Position numbers and translations under genes: made by a program. The notes beneath the pieces were generated by a model that was not told the DNA's origin, made no database searches, and worked only from the letters and a program-made list of their open reading frames with translations. DNA of 64,000 nt, taken from the IMG/VR virus record IMGVR_UViG_3300009503_000955. One strand, given 5' to 3'. The first letter of the stretch is position 1. Each line of letters opens with the position of its first letter. Below, piece by piece: positions 20,389 to 30,871 of the stretch. The stretch is from an uncultured virus (IMG/VR IMGVR_UViG_3300009503_000955). Its lineage: Duplodnaviria; Heunggongvirae; Uroviricota; Caudoviricetes.

Positions 20389-20785
20389 AAGATTAAGTAA
20401 TTTTAAAAGAAGTTTATTAAATTTTGAATCTAAGGTATTACCAATAAGCAAATTACAGCTTTTTATAGCTAAAAATAATGAAGAGCAAACAAGAGGTCTT
20501 ATTGGTGTTGATAAAGAAGAATTTAGTGATAATTCTATTCTTTTATTTACTAATGTTAATGGTGGTGTATATTTCCATATGAAAGGAGTAAAATTTCCTA
20601 TTGAAATTATGTTTTTAGATAAAAATTTTAATATTATAGAAAAATATGAATTAAAGCCTGAAATTGGATTAGTAAAGTCTCCAGAAAATACTTGTTATGC
20701 TATTGAAGCTAATGTAGGTTTTTCTGATAATATAATAAAAGATAAATTTTTATTAGAATTAAAAAAAGCGTTAAGAAATGGATAA
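20381..20785 (+). CDS. DUF192 (COG1430) family protein
   Basis: EEQTRGL..LLF..FHMKGVKFPIEIMFLD..YAIEANVG. Confidence 0.85.
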   Translation: MYKRLSNFKRSLLNFESKVLPISKLQLFIAKNNEEQTRGLIGVDKEEFSDNSILLFTNVNGGVYFHMKGVKFPIEIMFLDKNFNIIEKYELKPEIGLVKSPENTCYAIEANVGFSDNIIKDKFLLELKKALRNG

Positions 20786-20981
20786 AAAAAGAGGACTTAT
20801 TGCATCACAAATTATAGAAACAGCAAGAAATAATTTAGATTTATTAGATAATATAGGATATGGTGAAGTTGTATTTTATATAAAAAATGATACAGTATGG
20901 AGAGCAGAATTTAAAATATCTAGAAAAATAAACGAACCTATAAATATTAATAAAAAGAAGGAGAACAATAATAATCTATAA
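20778..20981 (+). CDS. Small hypothetical protein (DUF2292-like)
   Basis: IGYGEVVFYIKN pattern. Overlaps the upstream stop. Confidence 0.5.
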   Translation: MDKKRGLIASQIIETARNNLDLLDNIGYGEVVFYIKNDTVWRAEFKISRKINEPININKKKENNNNL

Positions 20982-20995
20982 TAGAGAGGTAGAAT

Positions 20996-23900
20996 ATGTC
21001 TTATTTATATAAATCTAATAAATATTTACTTCCACGACCAAGTGAAGGAGATTATTTTGATGAACAAGAAGAAAAGCGGTTTAGTGATATTATAGATAGA
21101 GTATTAAATGAACTTGTAAGGTATCAGACGCCAGATAAAAAAGGATATGGAGTTATTCAAGAAGGTATTTATGTTACTCATTTCGTTAATAATAATTCTT
21201 ATATAGAATTACAGCCTACTACATCATTACCAGCAATATTTGCATTTATTAATTCTATACCTATTTATTCTAATAGTACTATAACTTTTACTGGATTAGA
21301 AAATAATCAAACTTATTATTTATATTTATCTTTAGTAGAAGATAGGACTATAGAGCCTGAAAAAAGTTCAAGGCGTTTTGGTGATATTGTTCCAATTAAA
21401 TCTACAGTTCCTTCTAACAATTCTAATTATCTTCTTATCGCTATTGCTACAACAACAGGTTCAAGTATATCTGTTAATACAAATCCAGAAGGCAAAACTG
21501 TACTTTATAGTATTGTAGATTATGATAAAGACGCAGATGGTATTATTGATAATACGAAGTTATTAGATGGTAAATCTTTAGAATATATATTAAATAGAAG
21601 TAATCATATTGGAAAACAAGATTGGGAAACTATAGATACAACTACACATAAAGTTTCTGAAGAAGATATTGTTGAAAGTTTAAATATAAGTTTAAGATTT
21701 AAAGAGTTATTAGGTAGTTTTCATATAAAAGGTAATTTACCAACAACTTCTAATAATCTTACACATACAATTCCAGAACAAACGGTTTGTGTTAATGGTA
21801 AAAGGATTGTTTTATCTGAAATACAACATACTTATATTCCAAATAGAGATACTTATATAGAAGTTGGTGAAGATGGTATTTATTACTTTATAGAATATTT
21901 AAACGGAGAACCACCAGAACCTGAAAGGGAAGGTAGATATAGATGGTTAAAAGTAGTTACAACTTCAGCAAGAGCTTCTACTGGTAAAATTATAGTTGAA
22001 CGACAACCAAAAGTTGGTGATAAAATTGTTATAGGTAGTGATGAATTTGTTGCAGTTGCTACTCAAAGTGAAGTATCTCCAGGTAATAAAAAGTTTTGGA
22101 TTGGTAGTGGGGATAATGTTTCAGGTTGGATAGAATGTGCAACTTCAATAGCTTATGCAATAAATACAGCAAATATTTCAATAAATGCAACTACAAGTAA
22201 TAATATAGTAAATTTAACTTTTTCAACTGAAGGTAGTAATGGTAATATTCCAATTGAATTAGTTCTTAATACAAAAGGAGATTTAGTTGCGTTTGGATTA
22301 GAAAATGGAGTTAATGCTTGTATACTTGAAGTAGTAGATTTAAGAAAATTTTTCTTTCCATATTTTAAAGAACCTGTTAATAAAAAAGAAGATTTACCAA
22401 ATTCTGTAGTTGATGGAGAAGTAAGATTAGTTAAAGAAGAAAATACTTTATATAGATATTCAACAGATAAAAAGTATGGTGAAGGTAGAATAAGGTTTTT
22501 AAATACACCAACTCATGGTGATAGATTACAAATAGGAGATATAATAGCAATAGCAACTTCTGGCGTAGAAGATATAGATAAAAAAGAGTTTTCTATTTCT
22601 TCACCATTAACCTCATTAAAACATGTTTTAGATTCTTCTGTATATCCATCTTCTAATTTAACTTCAGCAATTTTTGATGATATTTTACATGTTTATACAA
22701 AAGTTGCATCTAAGAGTGAGAATAAAGAAATAAAATTACTTATTGGAAATGCAAATGACTATTATTTATCAGGTATAGCTGGTGCTGGTGAAGATACAGG
22801 TTGGGTTGCTATTGGGAATCAATCTTCTGGTATAAGTTTAAGTAGTGAAACTATTTTACAAAAACGAGGACATATTGAAGGTACATCTGGAGTAGGATTA
22901 TATTATACTTCATCACCTTTTGAAAAAGATTTATTATTTGTATTTAGAGGTGGAATTTATCAAGAACCAGATATAGATTATAATGTTATATTACCATCAG
23001 GTATACAGTTTATAGAACCTACTGTTGAAGATGGTGAAGATATAGAATATATTATTTATAGACCTGCTGGAGTAGTTCAAAAAGATATTACAAGTTATTC
23101 CTTTGTTACAATACATAAAGAGAATGAATTAGTTAATAGTTTAGATGTAGAAACACATCATAAATTCCATGATGAAATAAATCATGATAGTGTTCCAATT
23201 TCTGACCCAGGTACTTTATATATACATAAAACAGATTATAAAGTTCTTGGAGACCATATTTCTGATAATGTAGCTCATTCAAGTGTAAGTAAATTAGAAT
23301 TTTGGTGGAAGATATTAAAAGGTGGAGTTAATAATAAGTTTAGAATTCAAGGTACTAACATCCATTACTTCCCTGAAAGTAACCTTTTATTTGATTATAA
23401 CTCTGAAACAGTATCAGAAAATGATGGTGAATTCTGGTTTCAAGCAGATACTACTATATATCCTATAGTTAAAGATACTTCAGAAAGTAAATTATACTGT
23501 CCATTAAACCTTTCTGGGATTGGAATTGATGAAATATACTTTTTTGGAAAAGGTAAAGCATATAAAAGTACACAATCAGGACTTGAATGGGTAGATGAAA
23601 CAACTCTTTCTTCAACACCTATACTTAACGATTCTGTTATATATAATGATAAAGTATGGTTAGGGTTAGATAATGGTGAATTTTGGAGAAGAGATGGTGT
23701 TAGTAATTATGTAAAAGTAGGAAATATTCCTGGAACACAAATAAAATCAATATCTACCTTTGGTATTGATTTATTATTAGGTACTGATGGTGAAATTTAT
23801 AGGTATAATCCAACTGAAGGGTTACAAACAACACCTTTTATTGATATTTCTGTAGAATGGATAACTGCAGGAATAGAGTATGCAGGATTATTCTTCTTCG

Positions 23901-25078
23901 CAACACAAAATCCAAATAGAGTATATAAGTATGATGGCGTAAATGTTATACAAGAAACAATAAGTCTTACTAGTTACGGTACAGAATTTTTTGTTTATAA
24001 TGGTAGGTTGTATTTAGGTACTTATGATGGAAAAGTATATGAAAAAGAAAATATTAATGCTTCATGGATACAAATATTTTCTTCTACAGGATCTGTTACA
24101 AACTTTTCTTCTGCAAATGGTATTTTATATGTAGGTATTGGAAAAGTATTATATAAGAAGGAAGGATTAAATAATTTTGAAATTGTACATATTTTTGATT
24201 ATAATTTAGATTGTATTCTTGCTACCTCTGCATTTATATTTGTTTCTTATAGTGGTGATATTTATCGTAATGCACCTTATATTGGGTGGGAAAAAGTTCC
24301 TACTACTGGTATAGATGCTAGTATATATTATGGTAATCAAGTAAAGTTTATCCTTAAAAATCCAGAAGTTTTATTCCAAATTAGACAAACAGGGACATTT
24401 TTCTCAAGAAGAAAGCAGTATCCTAATGATGATATATGGTACTATAATACTTATCCGACAGGAGAAACTCCTTTTTCACATTCTTTATTAATAGATTTAG
24501 ATAATGATGATCATTTACAATATTTAACTGAAGGAAGACATAAATTAATTGACCATGTTAGTGGGTTAGGGCTTGCACCAGGAGATGCAAGTTATATTAC
24601 TTATAATGATGAATTAGATAGGTTGCCTGAATCGTATCCATTAGATACAATATCAGTAGAACATGATTTACATACTCATTCTGAAGTACCTGGTATTGTT
24701 TGGAGTATAGAAGATTATACTAATCCAGAAAAGAGGTTAAGGGGAAATGTAAGGTTTGAAGGAGTGTCCGGAATTGGTGTAGAGTTTTATAGTGGACTTG
24801 ATGTTGAAGAGAGAGTTCAGATTTATATGACTGGTATTAATTTACCTGATTTTGTTGTTTTAAAGAGATATAAGGATTTTTATTCAACGGATTGGGTTTC
24901 TTCAGGTGGCACTTTTTACTTAGATTTTAATCATAATCTTAATAATATGTATATTATAAACCAAGTTTATTCTGGAAATACTTTAGTTTTAGTTGATAAA
25001 GTAGATATTCTTGATGTAAATACTATTAGGTTAGGATCAACAAGTACTTTTGATGGAAAAGTAATTGTTATTGGATAA
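20996..25078 (+). CDS. Large virion/tail fibre-type protein with beta-propeller region
   Basis: 1360 aa. LNRSNHIGKQ fibre motif, YQEPDIDY motif, and propeller-like blades (VYNGRLYLGT). Confidence 0.65.
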   Translation: MSYLYKSNKYLLPRPSEGDYFDEQEEKRFSDIIDRVLNELVRYQTPDKKGYGVIQEGIYVTHFVNNNSYIELQPTTSLPAIFAFINSIPIYSNSTITFTGLENNQTYYLYLSLVEDRTIEPEKSSRRFGDIVPIKSTVPSNNSNYLLIAIATTTGSSISVNTNPEGKTVLYSIVDYDKDADGIIDNTKLLDGKSLEYILNRSNHIGKQDWETIDTTTHKVSEEDIVESLNISLRFKELLGSFHIKGNLPTTSNNLTHTIPEQTVCVNGKRIVLSEIQHTYIPNRDTYIEVGEDGIYYFIEYLNGEPPEPEREGRYRWLKVVTTSARASTGKIIVERQPKVGDKIVIGSDEFVAVATQSEVSPGNKKFWIGSGDNVSGWIECATSIAYAINTANISINATTSNNIVNLTFSTEGSNGNIPIELVLNTKGDLVAFGLENGVNACILEVVDLRKFFFPYFKEPVNKKEDLPNSVVDGEVRLVKEENTLYRYSTDKKYGEGRIRFLNTPTHGDRLQIGDIIAIATSGVEDIDKKEFSISSPLTSLKHVLDSSVYPSSNLTSAIFDDILHVYTKVASKSENKEIKLLIGNANDYYLSGIAGAGEDTGWVAIGNQSSGISLSSETILQKRGHIEGTSGVGLYYTSSPFEKDLLFVFRGGIYQEPDIDYNVILPSGIQFIEPTVEDGEDIEYIIYRPAGVVQKDITSYSFVTIHKENELVNSLDVETHHKFHDEINHDSVPISDPGTLYIHKTDYKVLGDHISDNVAHSSVSKLEFWWKILKGGVNNKFRIQGTNIHYFPESNLLFDYNSETVSENDGEFWFQADTTIYPIVKDTSESKLYCPLNLSGIGIDEIYFFGKGKAYKSTQSGLEWVDETTLSSTPILNDSVIYNDKVWLGLDNGEFWRRDGVSNYVKVGNIPGTQIKSISTFGIDLLLGTDGEIYRYNPTEGLQTTPFIDISVEWITAGIEYAGLFFFATQNPNRVYKYDGVNVIQETISLTSYGTEFFVYNGRLYLGTYDGKVYEKENINASWIQIFSSTGSVTNFSSANGILYVGIGKVLYKKEGLNNFEIVHIFDYNLDCILATSAFIFVSYSGDIYRNAPYIGWEKVPTTGIDASIYYGNQVKFILKNPEVLFQIRQTGTFFSRRKQYPNDDIWYYNTYPTGETPFSHSLLIDLDNDDHLQYLTEGRHKLIDHVSGLGLAPGDASYITYNDELDRLPESYPLDTISVEHDLHTHSEVPGIVWSIEDYTNPEKRLRGNVRFEGVSGIGVEFYSGLDVEERVQIYMTGINLPDFVVLKRYKDFYSTDWVSSGGTFYLDFNHNLNNMYIINQVYSGNTLVLVDKVDILDVNTIRLGSTSTFDGKVIVIG

Positions 25079-25094
25079 AAAGGAGGGTTGAAAT

Positions 25095-26282
25095 ATGGGA
25101 AGTTATGTTTACTTTTGGCAATGTTCATCAGGAACAGGACAAACTATATTAAAAAGATTTAAAGTATCTACATCTGAATGGGAAACTGTACATACTGCCC
25201 CTAAGGATTATGCAGCTTTTGGAAGCCTTTATGGAACAGTAAATAGAGCAGTTCAAATTGGAAAATATATATATTTTGTTGGTAATGCTCAAACGGCTTA
25301 CAAAATGATAAAATTTGATATAGAAAAAAATACTTATACTGAATTACATGATACTCCTTTTGGAGCAACAAAACATATGATAGCTTGGGATGGTGGTAAC
25401 TATATTTATACTATACATGGTAGTGCATATAAATATAATATAACTTTAGATTATTTCACACAAATTGCAACACCAGAGGAGTATGATTATAATTATAGTT
25501 CTTTAGTTAGATACAATAACAATATAGTTTGTGTTGGATGCTGGTCTTGGAGTGGTGGTGATCATATTAGAATTAAAAAATATAATCCAGATACTAATTC
25601 ATGGACATTATATGCGGCAAATGGATCTTATAATGGCAATGTACTTGAATGTAGAGAATCTGCTTGTGTTATAGGTGGTAGTATATATTTTGTAGAAAGT
25701 AGACAATATAGAATGTGTGAATGTACTCCATCAGATAATCCTAACGATCCTGCAATAGTTATAGTATCTCCACCTAATCCTCCTTATGGGCCACAATCAG
25801 CTGTTACTGATTCTTCCAGATATATGTATAGTTTTGCTCATTGGAATGATTCTTTTAGATATGATGCATTTTTAAACTCTTATATACATCCTCTTTCAAA
25901 TGCTGGTAGCTGTGATTTTGGTGTTGTATGTTATGTGACTTTAAGAAATTTTGTTTTTTATAAGAGTGATGGTATAACTGAAACAGATCTAATAGAAGAT
26001 TTAGGTGCAACTTTATCAGGTGTTTCTACAGAACCAAAAAAATATTATATTAAATCAAGGTATGGTACTCAAGGAAATGTTTTACTTAAAGTAGTAGAAG
26101 ATCCACAAAACGATGCTGATAATTGGACTTATGTATCAACAAGTAGTACAGGTCCTTGGTATCCAATGGTAGGTTTAGGTGTATTTTCTGCAGGTGAAGA
26201 GAAACCTTTTTGGATTAAAAGTGTACCACCAATTGATTCTTCCCCAGGTACAAGAAAAATTTTAGTACAAGTTTCTGGATAA
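25095..26282 (+). CDS. Kelch-type beta-propeller virion protein
   Basis: Repeats such as IGKYIYFVG, KYNPDTNSWT and IGGSIYF. Confidence 0.7.
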   Translation: MGSYVYFWQCSSGTGQTILKRFKVSTSEWETVHTAPKDYAAFGSLYGTVNRAVQIGKYIYFVGNAQTAYKMIKFDIEKNTYTELHDTPFGATKHMIAWDGGNYIYTIHGSAYKYNITLDYFTQIATPEEYDYNYSSLVRYNNNIVCVGCWSWSGGDHIRIKKYNPDTNSWTLYAANGSYNGNVLECRESACVIGGSIYFVESRQYRMCECTPSDNPNDPAIVIVSPPNPPYGPQSAVTDSSRYMYSFAHWNDSFRYDAFLNSYIHPLSNAGSCDFGVVCYVTLRNFVFYKSDGITETDLIEDLGATLSGVSTEPKKYYIKSRYGTQGNVLLKVVEDPQNDADNWTYVSTSSTGPWYPMVGLGVFSAGEEKPFWIKSVPPIDSSPGTRKILVQVSG

Positions 26283-26324
26283 AGTCAGTTTTATTTTTTA
26301 ACTTTATAATAAGAGAAACAAAAA

Positions 26325-29300
26325 ATGAATGGTAATACTGAACAACAATTTTATACATTTGGTATAATTTCTCAATATCATACAGATTCTGAAATACAAT
26401 CTTTTTCTTTAGAAGTTGAAGAAAATCCTATTGTATACCAATTATATAGTTTAGATGTTGTTTTATTAAAAATAGATGAAGTTACACCCGTTTCTGGTAA
26501 AGTTGGTGATGTTATTACATTAACTGGTGTAAGTTTCGGTAATTCTCAAGGTAATTCTAAAGTATATTTTAAAGTAAAAGAACCAACTGAAACTTTATTT
26601 ATTGCAGAAATAATTTCTTGGTCAGATACTACTATTACTTGTAAAGTTCCAACTGGTATTACTTCTGGTATTGTGTATATTTATGTTTATAGAGATTATG
26701 ATAATATTAAAGGTAATAGTAATGAAGTAGAATTTTATATGACTGGATTAAAAGTATGTAAAGTTTGGGATACTTGTAATGATTGGAAAGATTGGAATAA
26801 ATATGATGTAAGTGTAGATGAAAATTGTGATTTAGTATTAAGTAAAGCAAGCGTAAATGAGGTAGAGCTATTATATACTTATATTAATCCAGATATAGTT
26901 ACAATTTATGGTTGTGAATGGTCTTCTACTTATAATAAACTTATTATGGCTGCTAAAGCAAAAGATGGTAAGTATTATATATATTCTGTAAATAAGAATG
27001 GTATATGGCAGAAATCTAATTTATCATTTCCTTTCTTAAGTTATGGCTGGGAATCAGTACATAGAATATTAACTATAATTAATGGTAGAGTGAAAATATT
27101 AGGGAGAGTAGCTAGTTATATAAACTTTTATGAATTTAGAGAATCTGATTTAGTATTTTTAAAAGAATCTTTTACTCCAATGAATATAGCTTATCCAAAT
27201 AATAATGCATCTTATACTATATCACAAGATATAGATAATAAAACTTATGTACTTATGCACTATTATTGGAGTGGAAGTGGTCCTTATGCAACTGGATCTT
27301 ATTATCATTATTCTAGACTTTTTATTTTTGATAAAGATACGAATGTAATAAATGCTTATAATAACACTTATTATAAACTTTACAATGAATCGGGAAAAAG
27401 AAAATTGACTGGAAATTATACTATTGATTTGTATCCTTACGCAGGATATGTATATTCAATAGCTAAGGATTTGTCATCAGTAAATAAAGATGTTATAATA
27501 TTTGAAAAACCTGTGATATGGGATTATAATACAGATAAACTCAGTCTTGAAATAGAGGCATTTTTAGATGAACATAGTAAATGGGTAACTACAACAAAAG
27601 ATGTTTACTGGTATGATGAAAAAGCTCATGCTTATCAAAGTGTTTTTCCATCATTTGAAAATTCTATAACAGAAGTTTTTCCATCAATGACACGGTTTAG
27701 TATGAATGAAAGTACTTATCTTTATCGTATAGGCCAAGTTGGGAGAGATGCAGTTACTGTTAGAATTTATTCTCTTAAAGAAAGTGCTTATAAATCATAT
27801 GGTTACGCTACATATACTTATACACCAAAAGCTGGTATAAAATTTAAAAGTTGGTCTTCTTTAGTGGATAAAGAAGTTCCTACTAACACTTCTTTAACTA
27901 TGAAATATAATAGTAGTGCTGATATTAGTAGTATTGGAACTGTAGAAAGTATAGATATAAAAGCAGATTTTAATACAAATGATAGTTCTATTACACCAAA
28001 ATTAAAGTCAATTCAAATTTGTGCAGAAACTACACCATCAGTACAAGTTCTTTCTCCAAATGGTGGTGAAACTTTTACTGCAGATACTACACAAACAATA
28101 ACTTGGAAAAAGTTAATTAATTGTGATAAATTTAAAGTTTATTATATGACAGAAGGACAGTGGATATACTTAACAGAAACTACAAACACTTCTTACAATT
28201 GGACAATTCCTAATGATCCTTCAGATAAATGTCTTATAAAAGTGGAAGCGTATATTGGTTCAGAAATGGTTGGTGATGATGTTTCAGATAATTATTTTAA
28301 AATAGTTTCTGCAAATTATACTGTAACTGTTACTTCTCCAAACGGTAATGAAATATTAGAAAAGGGTGAAAATTATAATATTACTTGGACATATTCATCA
28401 CCAATTTCAGTATATTTTAAAATTTACATTTCTTTAGATAATGGTATAAATTATACTTTGATTACTGATAATGTAACATCTAGTCCATATCCTTGGAATG
28501 TAAATGTAAATGATACTATTTATGGGAAAATAAAAATAGAAATGTTAAAATCAGGTACTACTGATAAAGTTTTAGCAACAGATACTTCAGATAATACATT
28601 TACTATTATTCATAAATCATTAGCTGTAAATACACCATCTACTAATGAAGTTGTTACTGCAAATACAAATTATAATGTTACTTGGACAAAAACAGGAACA
28701 TTTACTTCATTTGATTTATATTATTCAAGAGATAATAAGTCAACTTGGAATACAATTGCTACTTCATTACCATCAACTACTACTTCATATAGTTGGCCTG
28801 TTCCTGATATTATTTCAAGTGAATGTTATATTAAATTAGTAGGACATAATTCTGGTGCAGATATAGTTGTTTACTCTGGATTATTTAAGATACTTCCTGC
28901 AGAAGGTTCTTATTGGGTAAAGATTATTTCTCCTGATGGTAGTACTTCTCTTACTGCAAATTCAGATATTACAATAAAATGGAGTTATCAAGGTGGTGAA
29001 ATTAAGAATTTTTATATTGAATATGATAATATTTCTTCTGGACAGAATAATATATTTATATTAGTTGCAAATGTACCTACAACACAAATTTCTTGGAAAG
29101 TACCTGATATGAATGGTTATATTAGAATAAGGATAAAAGCAAGAGCTAATACAGGACAAATTTTAGTTTTTGCAGAAACGGGTACTTTACAAGTTAAAAA
29201 AGAAATATCTGATGGGGGAGGTAATACACCTTTAAATGCTACATTTAGTAGGCCATATTTTGAAGAATTAATCTATAATAGTCAAAATTATTTAGTTCAA

Positions 29301-30869
29301 TTTACAATAACTGGTAATTATAGTTATTGGCATTTAGATTATGCTTTAGATGGAGGGAATAATTATACTGATTTATCTGCTACAAATTGGGTAAGATTAG
29401 CTAGTAATCAACAAGGTATGTCTTATACTTGGTCTATTTCTGGTGATATTATTTCCAATCAAGCTAGGTTAAGATTGTTAATATATGATAGTAATAACAA
29501 TTTATCTTTAATAGTTCCTTCTTCTATATTTGAAATTGTACAAAAAGTATCTGAAGAAGAAATACCACAAGTAATAGATTATTTTGATATAATTTTACCA
29601 ACAAAGTTTAGTAAATGTTATAGGAACTATGGTTATATTTTTAGGTATAAAACAAGTTGTGTTGGAACACATACTTTTGGTATGGAAATGAGAACTGATG
29701 GGATTAGTGATTTAGAAGATACTTCTAAAGATGTATATAAAATAGATAAAATTTCAAACTTTACTGTTCCAAATAGTTTATATCCAGGTAGATATCTAAA
29801 AGTTACAAGAGATATGGTTGGAATTATTAAACTTTATGTTAATTGGCAAAAAAATAGTAGTGGTACTAGTTATGTTGAACCTATTTATATTTTCCAACCA
29901 GGTAATTTATCTTTTATAAATGTATATGAAAATATAAAAATTGAGAAGAATACTGATTTTATTTTAAGTATACATACTGATTTTAAAAATTATGAACATA
30001 GAATATACTATACTCTTAATAATGATATTACAGATAATCTTGAGTATGGTGATACTGGTTTATGGGTAAAATTTGCAACTATAACTCCAACAACAAATGA
30101 CTTTTCAGTATCTTGTCATTTACCTAATATTACTTCAAATAAATGTATGTTTGCAGTAGAAGTTTGGAAAAAAGGTAGTGAAATTGATAGTATATTTAAC
30201 ACTTCTGAAGATGTATCTACTATTGAAGATGATCAGTTAGTTAAAGGAATGCAAAAGTATAGTAATACTAAATTTTTAGTTTCAAGAGCTTATTCTGAAA
30301 AGTTTAGTATATGTGATCCATCACCTACAATAACAATAACAAATCCAACTTCAAGTTCAATATTTTATGCGGGTGATTTAATAAATGTATCTTGGCAGAT
30401 AACAGGTTCTTTTACATATTATAAAATATATTATTATTTAAATGGAGTTTGGAATTATAGTGGTATTTCAGTAGGTACAACTTACTCCTTCTTAGCACCT
30501 AATCAGAATTGTAGTACAAAAGTAAAAGTTGAAGGATATGATGATAGTGGATATGTTACAGAAAGTATATCTTCAAATTTTGAAGTAAGATCAATAGTAG
30601 TAAGATTATTAAACCCTAGAAAAGGTGAAAGAGTTTTACAAGGATCAATATATAAAATACAGTGGGATTTAAATAGAAATGTAGATAGTATTAACTTATA
30701 TTTTTCTTCAGATGGTGGTGAAAATTATAATATAATTGCAAGTAATTTATTAGGAACAAAGAGAGAGTTTTTATGGCATGTACCTAATAATATAGTTTCT
30801 AAAAAATGTTTAATAAAAATAGAAGCAATAAAAGGTACAATTATTGTTTCTGATATTAGTGGAGATTAA
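26325..30869 (+). CDS. Large virion protein: IPT/TIG domain plus multiple SPNGGE-type Ig-like repeats
   Basis: ITLTGVSFG..IISWSDTTITCKVP (IPT) and repeated SPNG(G/N)E..ITW..YxWxVP..CLIK..SDxxF units. Confidence 0.75.
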   Translation: MNGNTEQQFYTFGIISQYHTDSEIQSFSLEVEENPIVYQLYSLDVVLLKIDEVTPVSGKVGDVITLTGVSFGNSQGNSKVYFKVKEPTETLFIAEIISWSDTTITCKVPTGITSGIVYIYVYRDYDNIKGNSNEVEFYMTGLKVCKVWDTCNDWKDWNKYDVSVDENCDLVLSKASVNEVELLYTYINPDIVTIYGCEWSSTYNKLIMAAKAKDGKYYIYSVNKNGIWQKSNLSFPFLSYGWESVHRILTIINGRVKILGRVASYINFYEFRESDLVFLKESFTPMNIAYPNNNASYTISQDIDNKTYVLMHYYWSGSGPYATGSYYHYSRLFIFDKDTNVINAYNNTYYKLYNESGKRKLTGNYTIDLYPYAGYVYSIAKDLSSVNKDVIIFEKPVIWDYNTDKLSLEIEAFLDEHSKWVTTTKDVYWYDEKAHAYQSVFPSFENSITEVFPSMTRFSMNESTYLYRIGQVGRDAVTVRIYSLKESAYKSYGYATYTYTPKAGIKFKSWSSLVDKEVPTNTSLTMKYNSSADISSIGTVESIDIKADFNTNDSSITPKLKSIQICAETTPSVQVLSPNGGETFTADTTQTITWKKLINCDKFKVYYMTEGQWIYLTETTNTSYNWTIPNDPSDKCLIKVEAYIGSEMVGDDVSDNYFKIVSANYTVTVTSPNGNEILEKGENYNITWTYSSPISVYFKIYISLDNGINYTLITDNVTSSPYPWNVNVNDTIYGKIKIEMLKSGTTDKVLATDTSDNTFTIIHKSLAVNTPSTNEVVTANTNYNVTWTKTGTFTSFDLYYSRDNKSTWNTIATSLPSTTTSYSWPVPDIISSECYIKLVGHNSGADIVVYSGLFKILPAEGSYWVKIISPDGSTSLTANSDITIKWSYQGGEIKNFYIEYDNISSGQNNIFILVANVPTTQISWKVPDMNGYIRIRIKARANTGQILVFAETGTLQVKKEISDGGGNTPLNATFSRPYFEELIYNSQNYLVQFTITGNYSYWHLDYALDGGNNYTDLSATNWVRLASNQQGMSYTWSISGDIISNQARLRLLIYDSNNNLSLIVPSSIFEIVQKVSEEEIPQVIDYFDIILPTKFSKCYRNYGYIFRYKTSCVGTHTFGMEMRTDGISDLEDTSKDVYKIDKISNFTVPNSLYPGRYLKVTRDMVGIIKLYVNWQKNSSGTSYVEPIYIFQPGNLSFINVYENIKIEKNTDFILSIHTDFKNYEHRIYYTLNNDITDNLEYGDTGLWVKFATITPTTNDFSVSCHLPNITSNKCMFAVEVWKKGSEIDSIFNTSEDVSTIEDDQLVKGMQKYSNTKFLVSRAYSEKFSICDPSPTITITNPTSSSIFYAGDLINVSWQITGSFTYYKIYYYLNGVWNYSGISVGTTYSFLAPNQNCSTKVKVEGYDDSGYVTESISSNFEVRSIVVRLLNPRKGERVLQGSIYKIQWDLNRNVDSINLYFSSDGGENYNIIASNLLGTKREFLWHVPNNIVSKKCLIKIEAIKGTIIVSDISGD

Positions 30870-30871
30870 AT